Positions 42,740 through 54,680 of a DNA stretch of 64,000 nt are shown here, one piece after another. This DNA comes from Eledone cirrhosa (Eukaryota). The position numbers and the translations under genes were made by a program. Below the pieces are notes generated by a model, which was not told where the DNA came from, made no database searches, and saw nothing but the letters and a program-made list of their open reading frames with translations. The stretch covers positions 300,390,001 to 300,454,000 of the forward strand of contig OZ024740.1 in the NCBI GenBank assembly GCA_964016885.1, written 5' to 3'. Numbering within the stretch: position 1 is the stretch's first letter; the number at the start of each line of letters is the position of its first letter.

Positions 42740-43810
42740 GGAGAAAAAGATGATTATTAGGAAGAAAACTATTTTTTTCTCTTTTTTTCTGGGTTAGAAA
42801 ATGATTAAAACAAAATATTTTATTTTGTGTGAAGTGTGAAGGTATTAGTTAATTTATTTATTAATTAACAATGGCATTTATTTATTTATATAGATTAATA
42901 ATTGTCTATTACTGGTTTCAGCATTTTTATGCATTATCAATTCATAATAATATGTATTGGTGTAAAATGGTGGTGTTGAACATGTTAAGGAAATGGTGCA
43001 GAAAGCATAATGTTATTTACAAACAAGGTTTATAATGTGAAAAGAAAAAAAGAAAAAAATGGGCGTAATGTTGAACATGATAAGGTAATGTGAAAGAAAA
43101 AATAATATGATTTACGGGCATAGTTCTTGAAGATAAGCAGATCAAAATGTGTTATTATAGCAAGAGTGCTCAGTTGATCCATGATGGAGGGAAATGGTAG
43201 TCTAGGTTTTGATATGATTTCCTTTTTTAGAAAGTTAATGTGTAGGGGAGGTAATTCAGGGTAGGAGAGAAATGATGGATGGTATTTAATTTATATAAGA
43301 AAACATGATTAGGTAGGTTGTAAAGGCATGTAATTCTTTAGAGAGACAGGTATTTGGATTTGGATCATTGTTCGTTCCAGTTTTAGTTTAGTCCCAAATT
43401 TAGTGCATTAAGTAGAGGTTGGAATATGTTAATCAAATAATTTTCCTTATTGGTACGATGGATGAAAGTAGCGTTGTCTATGAATTTGTAAATGGGGAAA
43501 ATTTTAACGTTTGGATGTTGGTTGTGAGCACAATTGGCGATATGTTTACTAAACGCAATCTTTCTGTATTCCTGTATTTTTATTTGTGATCTATGGACGG
43601 TCATACGATGTCGGAGGGTGTTTTTTGTCTGTCCTATGTAGTGCTCTTGACAATTTGAGTAGGTCAAAACATAGATTAGGTTTTCAGATTCACATGTAAA
43701 GTTGTGTTTACCTGTGAAATGTTGTCCTTGATTAAAATGGAATGTTGAACCTTCTGTTAGATTTATGCATATGCAACAGTTGGGCCTTCCGCATTTCTTT
43801 ACTGTAGGGT

Positions 43811-43856
<46 letters not shown>

Positions 43857-44018
43857 ATAGGCAGAAAAAGACGATTATTAGGAAGAAAAATATTTTTTTT
43901 TCCTTTTATTTTTTTCTCTTTTTTCTGGGCTAAAAAATTTTTAAAACAAAGTATTTTACTTTGTGTGAAGTATTAAGGTATTCGTTAATTTATTTATTAA
44001 TTAACAATGGCATTTATC

Positions 44019-44049
<31 letters not shown>

Positions 44050-44130
44050 TAATTGTTTATTACCGGTTTCAGCATTTTATGCATTATCAAAGGGGGGATT
44101 TGTATTGGTATAAAATGTTGGAGAGAAAAT
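42740..44130 (-). mobile_element. Penelope-like element family C: GIY-YIG 3' fragment with pLTR, plus a second solo pLTR
   Basis: Minus strand KKCGRPNCCIC..FTCESENLIYVLTYSNCQEHYIGQTKNTLRHRMTVH..FSKH..ENYLINIFQPLLN (Neptune-like Cys linker). ~200-bp direct repeats at 42740-42940 and 43860-44090. Confidence 0.8.
44061..44090 (-). ncRNA. Minimal hammerhead core, U3:A8 variant (family C); second copy at 42910-42940
   Basis: Minus strand TTGATAA-T-GCAT aaa ATGC-T-GAAA-CCGG-TA. The other copy has GAAA-CCAG-TA. Stem I is not clearly preserved. Confidence 0.55.
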
Positions 44131-45346
44131 TACCAAGTTCATATAATATTAAGCATAGACCTCATACCAAACAGTGAGTGTAAATAAAGCAATTAAATAT
44201 TGTTTTCATATACTTTTACTATTTTCACCGTATTGAAACTGATGTTTAAATTAAAGAACGAAATCAATTTTTTAACCTTGGACTTTTTTCATATTGTATA
44301 TTAATGCACAGCTACTTGAACTGTCCCAAATAACAAGATCTTTCGACGAATTATTCGTCATTTTTACCTCCTGATGAGGGGAGGTTTTTAGTGTGCATAA
44401 CGCTTCTCTCACCTTACAAATAAGAATAGTCGAATAATCCACTATAATCGCCTATATTTTATATATTATATTGTACATAATATGTTTGCCACTATATTTA
44501 TATGTGCTTGCATAATAAACGTTCAATACCACTACAGCGTATGGGTGCAACCCAATGTGATGGTTTTAACCCACTCCATTACGAAGAGATGCCATTTCTT
44601 TTTGCGTTCTACAGAAAATATGCTAACAATTCTACGTCTATATTTATATCAACCTCATGCAAGTTTGTCTGACATGAATTGTTTATACACTTTTGTCTTA
44701 GAAAGCTAGTCGACGTAATTTGCAATTAGCCGATTGTTAAATATTCACGATACAAAATATTTATTCAGAGAAAAGACAAATTGCAACATGTAATATAATT
44801 TTATTTGTATGCGACAGTGATATTACATCTTTCTCATTAGAGAAGGGCTATGTAAAATATTACAACATTTAGAATTGTATTTTAGTTGGAATAAATATTA
44901 TATTAGCATGTTCGCGGAATACATATATCAAAGTCTCATTAATCATTGTAATAAATGTGTATCTTGAAAATCCTCTGTAATTCCTCGTTGATGAGTATTC
45001 ACAGGCTATTCTTTCTTGTAGCTCCGAAACGAAATTTTATTTCTCGTTACATAAATCTCGAAATATGCAGAAGTATATACATCGATCTAATTAATGTTAT
45101 GTCATGAATATCTGCGGCACATGGAATTTTCATTGTATATTAGACTAAAGACTATATATGCTGGCGTATATCTTGTAACATCTTAACATTCGCGCAAATG
45201 ACTATTAATAGAATTATGTTTACGTGTAAAATAATCTTTAATAAAATACACACCGAGGAATATTCTAAAGTACATTTCTCTACTAAAAGAATACTCTTAT
45301 TATTGATAGCAAAAGTAAATTTCATGTAAATGATATTTTTGTTAGC

Positions 45347-46303
45347 TGGCTTTATGGATCGTGCATTCGAGACGGCACAGTCTGTTTGGATTGATGACAG
45401 CTTCGTTGTCCCTAATTACCCCAGTTATTAACATGACAGAGGACAGTATCAAGCGTAGTTCAGCTAATATGTGAATCGAGAGTCAACTCGAACATATCTT
45501 TGTACTATTCGTTACACTTCGTTGGAGATGGTACACTAATGCACTGTTCAAAACCACATCTGGTTCGTCGATTGACACCCATCTCGGCAATTAATGCAAT
45601 GATATTGGACTTGCACTGTACCATGAACTCTACGTGTATGAGCTACATAAATTACTTTGTGAACGACTACAGATTTCACCTAAACTCTTGTCGTCAGTGT
45701 GAGAGACATTTCTCTCTCAATGCTGCGCTGAATGTTGTCATGAAATATAGGCTCAATTCCTGTCACTTTTATGTGACACCAGGTGCCTGTTCGCTTCCCC
45801 CGCCGAGATGGTAACAAATCTGACGAGATAACACTTTTTACCGGATGTGTCAAATACTCCTGACGCTTAAATTATCGCATTGGCTATAAGTCTTCGTGTT
45901 TCTACCTGCAATGCAGAGGAGCAGAGTTTTATATATCAATTATTAACAGTGTGATTCCTTTTTACACCGGTGTTCTTGATTCCAAGTCTACTATTTCCTC
46001 CAACAAATGTGGTTGTGGGTGTCATGCATTAGCAAGATGCCTTGTACTGTAGAAACCCAAATGAGGCAAACGTTGCTAGATATTATTCCCGTGAACTTTT
46101 GAACAGTGCATTAGTGTACCACCTCCAACGAAGTGTAACGAATAGTACAAAGATATGTTCGAGTTGACTCTCGATTCACATATTATCTGAACGACGCTTG
46201 ATACTGTCGTCTGTCATGTTGACAACTGGCGTAATTAGGGACAACGAAGCTGTCATCAATCCAAACAGACTGTGCCGTCTCGAATGCACGATCCATAAAG
46301 CCA
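45347..46303. repeat. Foldback/MITE-like structure with ~207-bp inverted arms
   Basis: 45347-45553 is the reverse complement of 46097-46303 with few mismatches. The spacer is ~540 bp with no ORF. No TSD seen. Confidence 0.85.
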
Positions 46304-48264
46304 TGGGTTGTCGTTGTTAAACCAAGCCGTGGAGTTTTTTTTTCACGAAACGCGCAAGCTTGTGAATTACTAATACAAGGATATATCCTCCAAGGATATC
46401 GGAATGTAATCAATCTAACAACTTAGACAAGTAGAAATTCCAAAAAAGTTATAAAGAAGTGTTTGATGATGACCGATAATTGTAAATGCCATGAATACAA
46501 TAATCCTAATGTCACTAGTCCGAAAATATCAACATAAAATATTGATATTTTCCCATTTCTGAAATTGAAGCAAACATGCTTTCTTTAGGCAAACATATGT
46601 ACTTGATATTGTAACTAAATTTACCATACTTAGTATATATGTGACACGAATAAAATTATTGTCTATGTAATGCAATACATTCTATGCAGGTATTTATGTG
46701 TGTATTTACCAACTTGTACCTCAGCATATGATATTCTTAATTTTCTCAAGCTTTGCGGATTTGTTGTCTTGAATGAGTGACGATGTCATATTTATTATTT
46801 TGTTTTTAGATAAAATACCCTTCTAATTATTCACGCATAAGACAACGTATTACTTACCGATTAGCCATTCTGTGGAAATACCTTATATTAACAAAGAGGT
46901 TAAAAAATAAAATGTTGAAATGAGATACGAGAGAAAATATATTCTTAACTATAATTCAAATAATCAAAACATGACATGTGGCTATGAGGCCATATTGGAT
47001 TAACGATAAAGAAAGTACATGAAAGGTTATTCAGCAAATTCATATAAGCCTATTCATACGAATAGTAAATATTTCCATGCAGGCTAAGCTGACTTGCACG
47101 ATTTTTGAATCCTGCAATGCACGCACATACGCCTAGATATACACATATCGTGATAGATCTGTATATTTCAATGTTTGTATACATACAACATGAGAAATAT
47201 ATCTGAAACATTCAACTGTTGCCATGGAAATATCTAATATATGTGTCTATAGATACACAATTGTAGATATTTTACCTATGAAGCTAAAACAATTGAATAT
47301 AGATTTTCAGTAGTATTGAGTTACACAAATGTACTTCATACGCCGTAGAGCTAAAATATATAACAGACCAATATGTTAGGTCTTTTGTAATATTTCAAGT
47401 GCAAATACGCTTTCTGTTTAGAAATCTCTGAATCTAGGTACCGGTGGAATATAAAGGTGACAACAGATTATACATATTACAAAAGTGGAACTGATCTAAC
47501 TAAATATTTAGTTCATACATGTCTTTAAAAAAGTTGTCATTTGCTCATTTTGTTTTAAGTTATCGTTGGAAATAATTTTCAGTTATCAGTTATACTTTTA
47601 TGTAAACTTTTGAATAACAAAGTTATTTATTGCTGCGGAAATTATTCTATATCCGTTTTAGCCATATTAAAAGGAATAAAAGGAAACGAGTATGGATACA
47701 AAGTTAAATAATTACAAATATAATTTTAACAACAACTGCACTTAATTGCAACGCATTAACAAAATATGTTTTTTATATTTAATTACGTTTTTAATGATGT
47801 TTACTAAATGCAAGTGAATCATATAAAATAGACTCTCTTTTCTATGATTGAGATGTATTTTCCCATAGAATTCATTGTAGTATTTTTATATTTTAAAGAT
47901 ACCCCAATTTCGTAGATAGAGCATGTTCAATCGAAAAGTATATACACAAACTCTCTCTCCCACAGACACACACACAAGCACGCACGCACATACATGGACA
48001 CACACACGCACACATATATTAAATATGTAACCAAATACCTACAACTTTCTAGTTTATTTATATAATAATAATAATAATATTATTTATACGTATATATACA
48101 CTATATATAATTATAAACAGGAAAGGTCAGTATTTTTTATTATTTTTTACCACTTAATACCAGTAAGAAAAATAACTCAATGTAAATATATCAGATGTCT
48201 TACAGAGCAGGAATATAAATTACAGAATAATCGAAACTATGTTCAAAACATTTTATTGCTGACA

Positions 48265-48324
<60 letters not shown>

Positions 48325-48382
48325 AATGGAAGGAAAGATAGAATAAGAGAGATAGAAAGGGAGACAGAGATTCGTCGATATA

Positions 48383-48900
48383 TACACGAGGTCTATTGCA
48401 AAAATATCCGGTCTCATGCTGGGGAATTCAGTTACTTACTTCGTACTGTTCAATTAGTATTCCAACTGAAGTGGGCGCATTGTTCCCACCACTTTCCGAA
48501 TTACGATTGGAATACTTCATAGAGAATGTCATAGCTTCAGCACTCAAGTCTGTATGATTGCTTCTAGTCTCACATAGAAAACAGGAGGAACCATGTCTGT
48601 AGTGTAGGTTGCATAGTATGTATCTGAAATGCCTCTCAGTCCCAAACATCCACGCATGGATTGCTATTAATATGCCAAAAACGTTTTCAAGAAAAAGCTT
48701 CTAGATTTTTACGGGCCAAATTTCCCGGTCTCGCGCTCCAGTTTACATGCAGAAAACATCATAGTAATTCCTGGGAATATACTTTTATAACTCATTGTCC
48801 TTCTGGTGCGTATTCATGATGCACAACACTTCTCTGGTAATTGAAGACTGTCGCATCACATGAATTTGCTCCGCATGTTACGTGTTTTGGGTATTTTATG
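48383..48900 (-). mobile_element. Decayed mariner transposon, 3' portion
   Basis: Minus-strand translation gives VVHHEYAPEGQ (GVVH.E..P.GQT-like), YTTDMVPPVF (YSPDLAP.DF-like) and KWWEQC. TIR-like TACACGAGGTCTATTGCAAAAATATCC at the left end. Confidence 0.65.
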
Positions 48901-49199
48901 CCAAATTAAATGACTGAGATTTGATTTGTGGGTTATACATATGAACTCAAGATATTTTCAGCAGAATTGAGAAAAATAAAAATAACCGCCGTATAATTAT
49001 TACAGGAACTCATACGCTCTCTGTCCGATTGTGTCTGGTGTATCCATTTCAATTGCTTGAATGTATGCGGCTCCAATGTTATTAATTCCCATAAGAATGA
49101 TATAATCCGATAATGTATCATCGGCCGTCGTAGTTATATACATAAACATATAAACACATACACGCACACACACACACATACACACACATATATATATAT

Positions 49200-49895
49200 A
49201 TAAATGGAATAGAATGAAACGAAATTTCATTTCTCACTCTTAGTACGGCACTTACTTAAATGTAAGTATGTATGTATGTATACGTACATATATATATGTA
49301 TACAGACGTACAGCAGTATGTATATATATACATACATGTACACATATATATATATATGCACGTATCGGTTTACCGAACATTTATTATAATGCTCAGTTTG
49401 TTTCTTTGTAAACAAACACTGTACGGCGTAATTCGGGTTGTTTGTTTGTAAACAAACAAACGACCCGAATTACGCCGTACAGTGATTAGGCAGACACGTC
49501 ACCTTTTTGTTGAACACTGACACAGGAACGATGTACTAGTTTCAAGCTTATTAGCTATCGTCAGCATCGAATACCTTACTGCCAGATGGTTGAACGTCTG
49601 AAAGTATATACTTTCCTTATGCATATTAACGGCTGAGCAGCCTAATTTGCATATCGAGTGAGTTCAGTCGGCCGGGCACACCGAAAACGATAAATGGAAT
49701 AGAATGAAACGAAATTTCATTTCTCACTCTTAGTACGGCACTTACTTAAATGTAAGTATGTATGTATGCGTACATACATATATGTATACAGACGTACAGT
49801 AGTATGTATATTTATACATACATGCACACATATATATATGCATGTATCAGTTTACCGAACATTTATTATAATGCTCGGTTTGTTTGTTTGTAAAT
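49200..49895 (-). mobile_element. ORF-less ~490-bp unit in 1.4-mer tandem carrying a hammerhead (retrozyme/PLE-derived-like, family D)
   Basis: ~205-bp direct repeats at 49200-49412 and 49690-49894, (TA)n on both flanks, and an internal hammerhead. Confidence 0.7.
49529..49569 (-). ncRNA. Minimal type-I hammerhead ribozyme, canonical core
   Basis: Minus strand CGATG-CTGACGA-T-AGCT aata AGCT-T-GAAA-CTAG-TA-CATCG: 5-bp stem I, 4-bp stem II, palindromic ACTAGT stem III, GUA triplet. Confidence 0.8.
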
Positions 49896-49899
49896 ATAC

Positions 49900-49967
<68 letters not shown>

Positions 49968-50227
49968 TGATAAAAATACACGGGTGTGTATGATTGTGTA
50001 TAGAAGATTATATTAATAAGAGGAATTCCAACTTTGTCTGATTTACTCGTTTTATTTACAATCCTTTAAAATTTATAATGGTATTATAATGAAATAGTAT
50101 GATAGAATATTAAATGTTAAGTGTTAATTGAACAAGTACTTTCATGCTTTCGCAATCTTCAGATTCATAATGTGAGGTGACAGTCAATTTTGCAATTTTC
50201 AACTATATATATACATATATATATATA

Positions 50228-50440
50228 CAGATCTGAGAAAAAACACAGACCCTCCATCTCATCTCTACTTTTGAAAAGCAGAAGAACTGCGAAACCGGTA
50301 AAGGAACCAAATAAATATATATATTTTTTTAAAAACAAGACTCCAGTTGCATTTTCGGTTTCATCTTTTTTTCTTTATACTTCCACTCACTCTTGTAGGA
50401 CACCTCGGTTATTTTTCATTTTGTAAAAAAAAACTCACTT
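50228..50440 (+). mobile_element. Family A PLE-tail-like repeat inserted in (TA)n
   Basis: Reverse complement of 17957-18185, with (TA)n on both sides. Confidence 0.75.
50268..50303 (+). ncRNA. Minimal type-I hammerhead ribozyme, U3:A8 variant (family A)
   Basis: CTT-TTGAAAA-GCAG aagaa CTGC-GAAA-CCGG-TA-AAG, identical to the copy at 18110-18145. Confidence 0.75.
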
Positions 50441-50534
<94 letters not shown>

Positions 50535-50775
50535 GTATGTATATATGTAGGTATATATATATATACATATATATATATATTATATATATATATATCTATA
50601 TATATATTTATATATATATAAGCAAGATGTATGGTAGGTCGTATGTGAATCGCGATGATCACATCTGACCTACCAAATATGCGACGTTAGCTAGTTAAGC
50701 TCTATGCGTATAAGCAGAGCAGAAATATGAATGAAAAAGAACAAAGGAACTATTATGACATTATAACAAGTTTAT

Positions 50776-50822
50776 TGCCGACAGCCGTTTCGTCCGACCA
50801 TATGGTGGGACTTTTCAAGGCA
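50776..50822 (-). ncRNA. Type-I hammerhead ribozyme, U3:A8 variant (family B, left arm)
   Basis: Exact reverse complement of 53252-53298. Confidence 0.82.
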
Positions 50823-53251
50823 TATAACATGTGATTGTAAGTTCATTATTTACATCAACGTATCACTTAAGACTAGCAGTTTGAAATTGTGGTATACATC
50901 AGCAGCTCCGCTTGTAAATTTGGGGTCTATATTCTAAGGGGGCTCTTTTATATTAGTTGTCGGAATTGTAAAAGGGATGGGTTATGAGGAGTTAAGAGAA
51001 TTTGAAAATGGCCTGAGAGTCAGGGATTGAAGGTTAAAAATTAGATAATTTATAATTTACGCATTAAAAGTAAAAGACTTGGGATCTCGTAGAAGCACCT
51101 TAAAAAATCCCTCAATAAGTGCATAAAGCTTACAAGCCCCAATAAACTTAACAAACTAGAAGAGATTAAGAGACTAATAAAATAAAATAAAATAAAATAA
51201 AATAAAATAAAATAAAATAAAATAAAATAAAATAAAATAAAATAAAATAAAAAAATAAAGATATAAAGTTTCCCTAAAAAAATATAAATTTTCCCAAGAA
51301 GTTCCCTCGAGAGAAAAAAATTTCTTTCGAAAGAAAACAACTTTCTTCCCCAGAGATCTCGTTAAAAAATTTCAGAAAGTTTACGAAGTTTTGATAATCT
51401 CTACTAAGTTGAAAGAAACTAATCAATTAAAGGTTAATTCAAAAAGCCTTCAATAAACCCCTCAGAAAAGGCCCCTTTAATATTTTTAATAGGAACCTCC
51501 TCCGAGAGACCCTTCGAAGAATTAAAATTTTAGAGAGCCTTTAAGGATATATATATAAACGAATTGAGGAAAATTATAAATTAAAAGTTAAAAATTACGG
51601 TATTTGGGATATCCGAGGAATTTTCAAAGGGCTGCTTCAACAAATACAACTTAGGTATAATAGATAAAATAATTTAAGTAATTTAAGTAATTTAATTAGG
51701 GAGCAATTCAAAGAGCTTATCAAGTTGTACATGGCTTATCAAGCATCACATATGATTAACAAAGACATAATGGTATACTCCTGCTTAATTAACAAACAAT
51801 CAATTAACAATTGATAGTCAAGAAAATGTACTCAGGGATATCCCACTCACGGATACTTTACACACATACAGCAGGATAAACAATACAGTAAAGTATCCGT
51901 GCGTGGGATATCCCTGAGTACATTTTCTTGACTATCAATTGTTAATTGATTGTTTGTTAATTAAGCAGGAGTATACCATTATGTCTTTGTTAATCATATG
52001 TGATGCTGTATGTGTGTAAAGTATCCGAGAGCGGGATATCCCTGAGCTAATTTTGCTTGACTGTTAATTGTTTATTGATTTTTTGTTAATTAGGGAGGAA
52101 TATATTATTATGTCTTTGTTAATCCTGTATCAATAATTTTATAGTAATTTTTTAATCCTGTATCAATAGTTTTATGATAATTTTGTAATAATTTTATAAT
52201 AATTTTATAATAATTTTGTGATAATTTTATAATAATTTTTTGATAGTACATTATTAGATTACTGAAGCTACCTTATACCTTATTAAAAATACATTTTATA
52301 ATTATTATTTTTTAAAAATACATTTTATAATTATTGTCTTTTTGCTTATGTATTTTCTTACTTATAATTTTCTTTAATCTTGCGCAACTTGATAAGCTCT
52401 TTGAATTGCTCCCTAATAAATTACTTAAATTACTTAAATTATTTTATCTATTATACCTAAGTTGTATTTGTTGAAGCAGCCCTTTGAAAATTCCTCGGAT
52501 ATCCCAAATACCGTAATTTTTAACTTTTAATTTATAATTTTCCTCAATTCGTTTATATATATCCTTAAAGGCTCTCTAAAATTTTAATTCTTCGAAGGGT
52601 CTCTCGGAGGAGGTTCCTATTAAAAATATTAAAGGGGCCTTTTCTGACGTGTTTATTGAAGGATTTTTGAATTAACCTTTAATTGATTAGTTTCTTTCAA
52701 CTTAGTAGAGATTATCAAAACTTCGTAAACTTTCTGAAATTTTTTAACGAGATCTCTGGGGAAGAAAGTTTTTTTCTTTCGAAAGAAATTTTTTTCTCTC
52801 GAGGGAACTTCTTGGGAAAATTTATATTTTTTTAGGGAAACTTTATATCTTTATTTTTTTATTTTATTTTATTTTATTTTATTTTATTTTATTTTATTAG
52901 TCTCTTAATCTCTTCTAGTTTGTTAAGTTTATTGGGGCTTGTAAGCTTTATGCACTTATTGAGGGATTTTTTAAGGTGCTTCTACGAGATCCCAAGTCTT
53001 TTACTTTTAATGCGTAAATTATAAATTATCTAATTTTTAACCTTCAATCCCTGACTCTCAGGCCATTTTCAAATTCTCTTAACTCCTCATAACCCATCCC
53101 TTTTACAATTCCGACGACTAATATAAAAGAGCCCCCTTAGAATATAGACCCCAAATTTACAAGCGGAGCTGCTGATGTATACCACAATTTCAAACTGCTA
53201 GTCTTAAGTGATACGTTGATGTAAATAATGAACTTACAATCACATGTTATA

Positions 53252-53298
53252 TGCCTTGAAAAGTCCCACCATATGGTCGGACGAAACGGCTGTCGGCA
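53252..53298 (+). ncRNA. Type-I hammerhead ribozyme, U3:A8 variant (family B, right arm)
   Basis: TGCC-TTGAAAA-GTCC c ACC atat GGT c GGAC-GAAA-C ggct G-TC-GGCA, then AATAAA (53298-53303). Predicted cleavage after GUC at 53294. Confidence 0.82.
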
Positions 53299-53345
53299 AT
53301 AAACTTGTTATAATGTCATAATAGTTCCTTTGTTCTTTTTCATTA

Positions 53346-53381
<36 letters not shown>

Positions 53382-54272
53382 TCACATATATATATATATA
53401 TATATATACCCATGTGCACACATATATATATCCATATATATATATATGTGTGTGTTTATGTGTGTGTGTATGTGTGAGAGGCTCCGTGTGCGTGTGTGCC
53501 ATGTATGTTCATGAAAGAGCATTATCTAAGTTATCGCAATTCAAAAGCACCGCATGGAAGGCATTTGAATAGAATATTTCCTTTTTTAATATTTATGCTG
53601 TCTAATTCTCCAACAATACGCTATAAGGTAACCGTAAGTTATTGCACATATTCATGGCTTCATTATTATCATATCATTGAATTTACTCCACAGGAGACGA
53701 TCAGTTCCTTTTGAACATCTTTATGAAGCTTTTGGTTTATATTGATATATTGACATACTCGAGTATATACTCGAGTATATACTTCACTGGTTCCTCTCTC
53801 CTAATTTAGGATTTTATATTCTCAGAGAAATTGTTCTTTGGTGGCTCAAACATTTTACACATTTCTGTATACTCACAATTGAGAGACAACGTTACAAAAC
53901 ATGATCACCGCTGGGATTCACTATACATATGATATTATGCTTCTAAAATTGTGTATACGTATGTTTTACTTGCACCAACATAATAACATTATGTGTGGAG
54001 ATAAAGACAGTTTTACCAAGTTCGTTGGTTATTTTCGGCATTTGCATTTTTGCGATCTAGCTGATTTATGTTTTTATCCTAATGTCATTGCGTTTTATAT
54101 CTTTGCAATCGTTTCTGTTTGCGTATCCTGGTTACTACTCACATTCATTAGAACATCTCCTCACTTAAGTAACGACACTTTAACATCTCGAATTAGAATA
54201 CAAAATACACCTTGTACACTGGAGCGGTGGTTGCGTTGTTGGTATTGGTTTTGATGATGATGATGTTAATAA

Positions 54273-54390
54273 CTGTTTCTACTATTGGCACAAGGCCAGC
54301 AATTAATCAGTGTATTACTGGTACTTTATTTTATCGACCCCGTAAAGATGAAAGGCAAAGTTAACTTCGGCGGGATTTGAACTGAGAATG
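54273..54390 (-). mobile_element. tRNA-derived SINE, 5'-truncated
   Basis: Reverse complement of the 3' two-thirds of the 26131 SINE. Confidence 0.8.
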
Positions 54391-54494
54391 GCAATGACGA
54401 TGTTGTTAATAATGATGACTGTAGTGATGATGATGATAGGGATGAAACGGGACATGTGTAAGTTTAGGATAAAGACGAATGTGTTGTTGATGTT

Positions 54495-54680
54495 TACGTT
54501 GATAATAAAATAATGATGACGATAATGTTGATGATGATGATGATGATCACAGCGATGATGATGATGATGATAATGATGGTGATGCTGCAGTTGCTGTTGC
54601 TGATGATGATGTTGATGGTGATGATGATGAGGGTGTTGATGTTGTTGTTGGTGGTGATGATGATGATGATGATGATGATA
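54495..54680. repeat. Degenerate (GAT)n microsatellite
   Basis: Directly visible. It produces spurious poly-M/poly-I ORFs. Confidence 0.92.

Larger units (their letters stand above)
50730..53344. repeat. 2.6-kb palindromic element with ~1-kb near-identical inverted arms (family B)
   Basis: 50730-51727 is the reverse complement of 52385-53344. By eye they differ only by a handful of substitutions and the (AAAAT)n length. The right end abuts (TA)n. Confidence 0.95.

Noticed and set aside
50632-50695. Hairpin (TGGTAGGTC..GACCTACCA) followed by CTAG-T as a Helitron 3' end
   Set aside because: The hairpin is longer and farther from CTAG than typical, and there is no 5' TC end or second copy.
51050-51340. 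96-aa ORF in the palindrome arm with a faint H..FL.C..IP resemblance to PLE N-termini
   Set aside because: It is largely produced by the (TTTTA)n run, the resemblance is too weak, and no RT follows.
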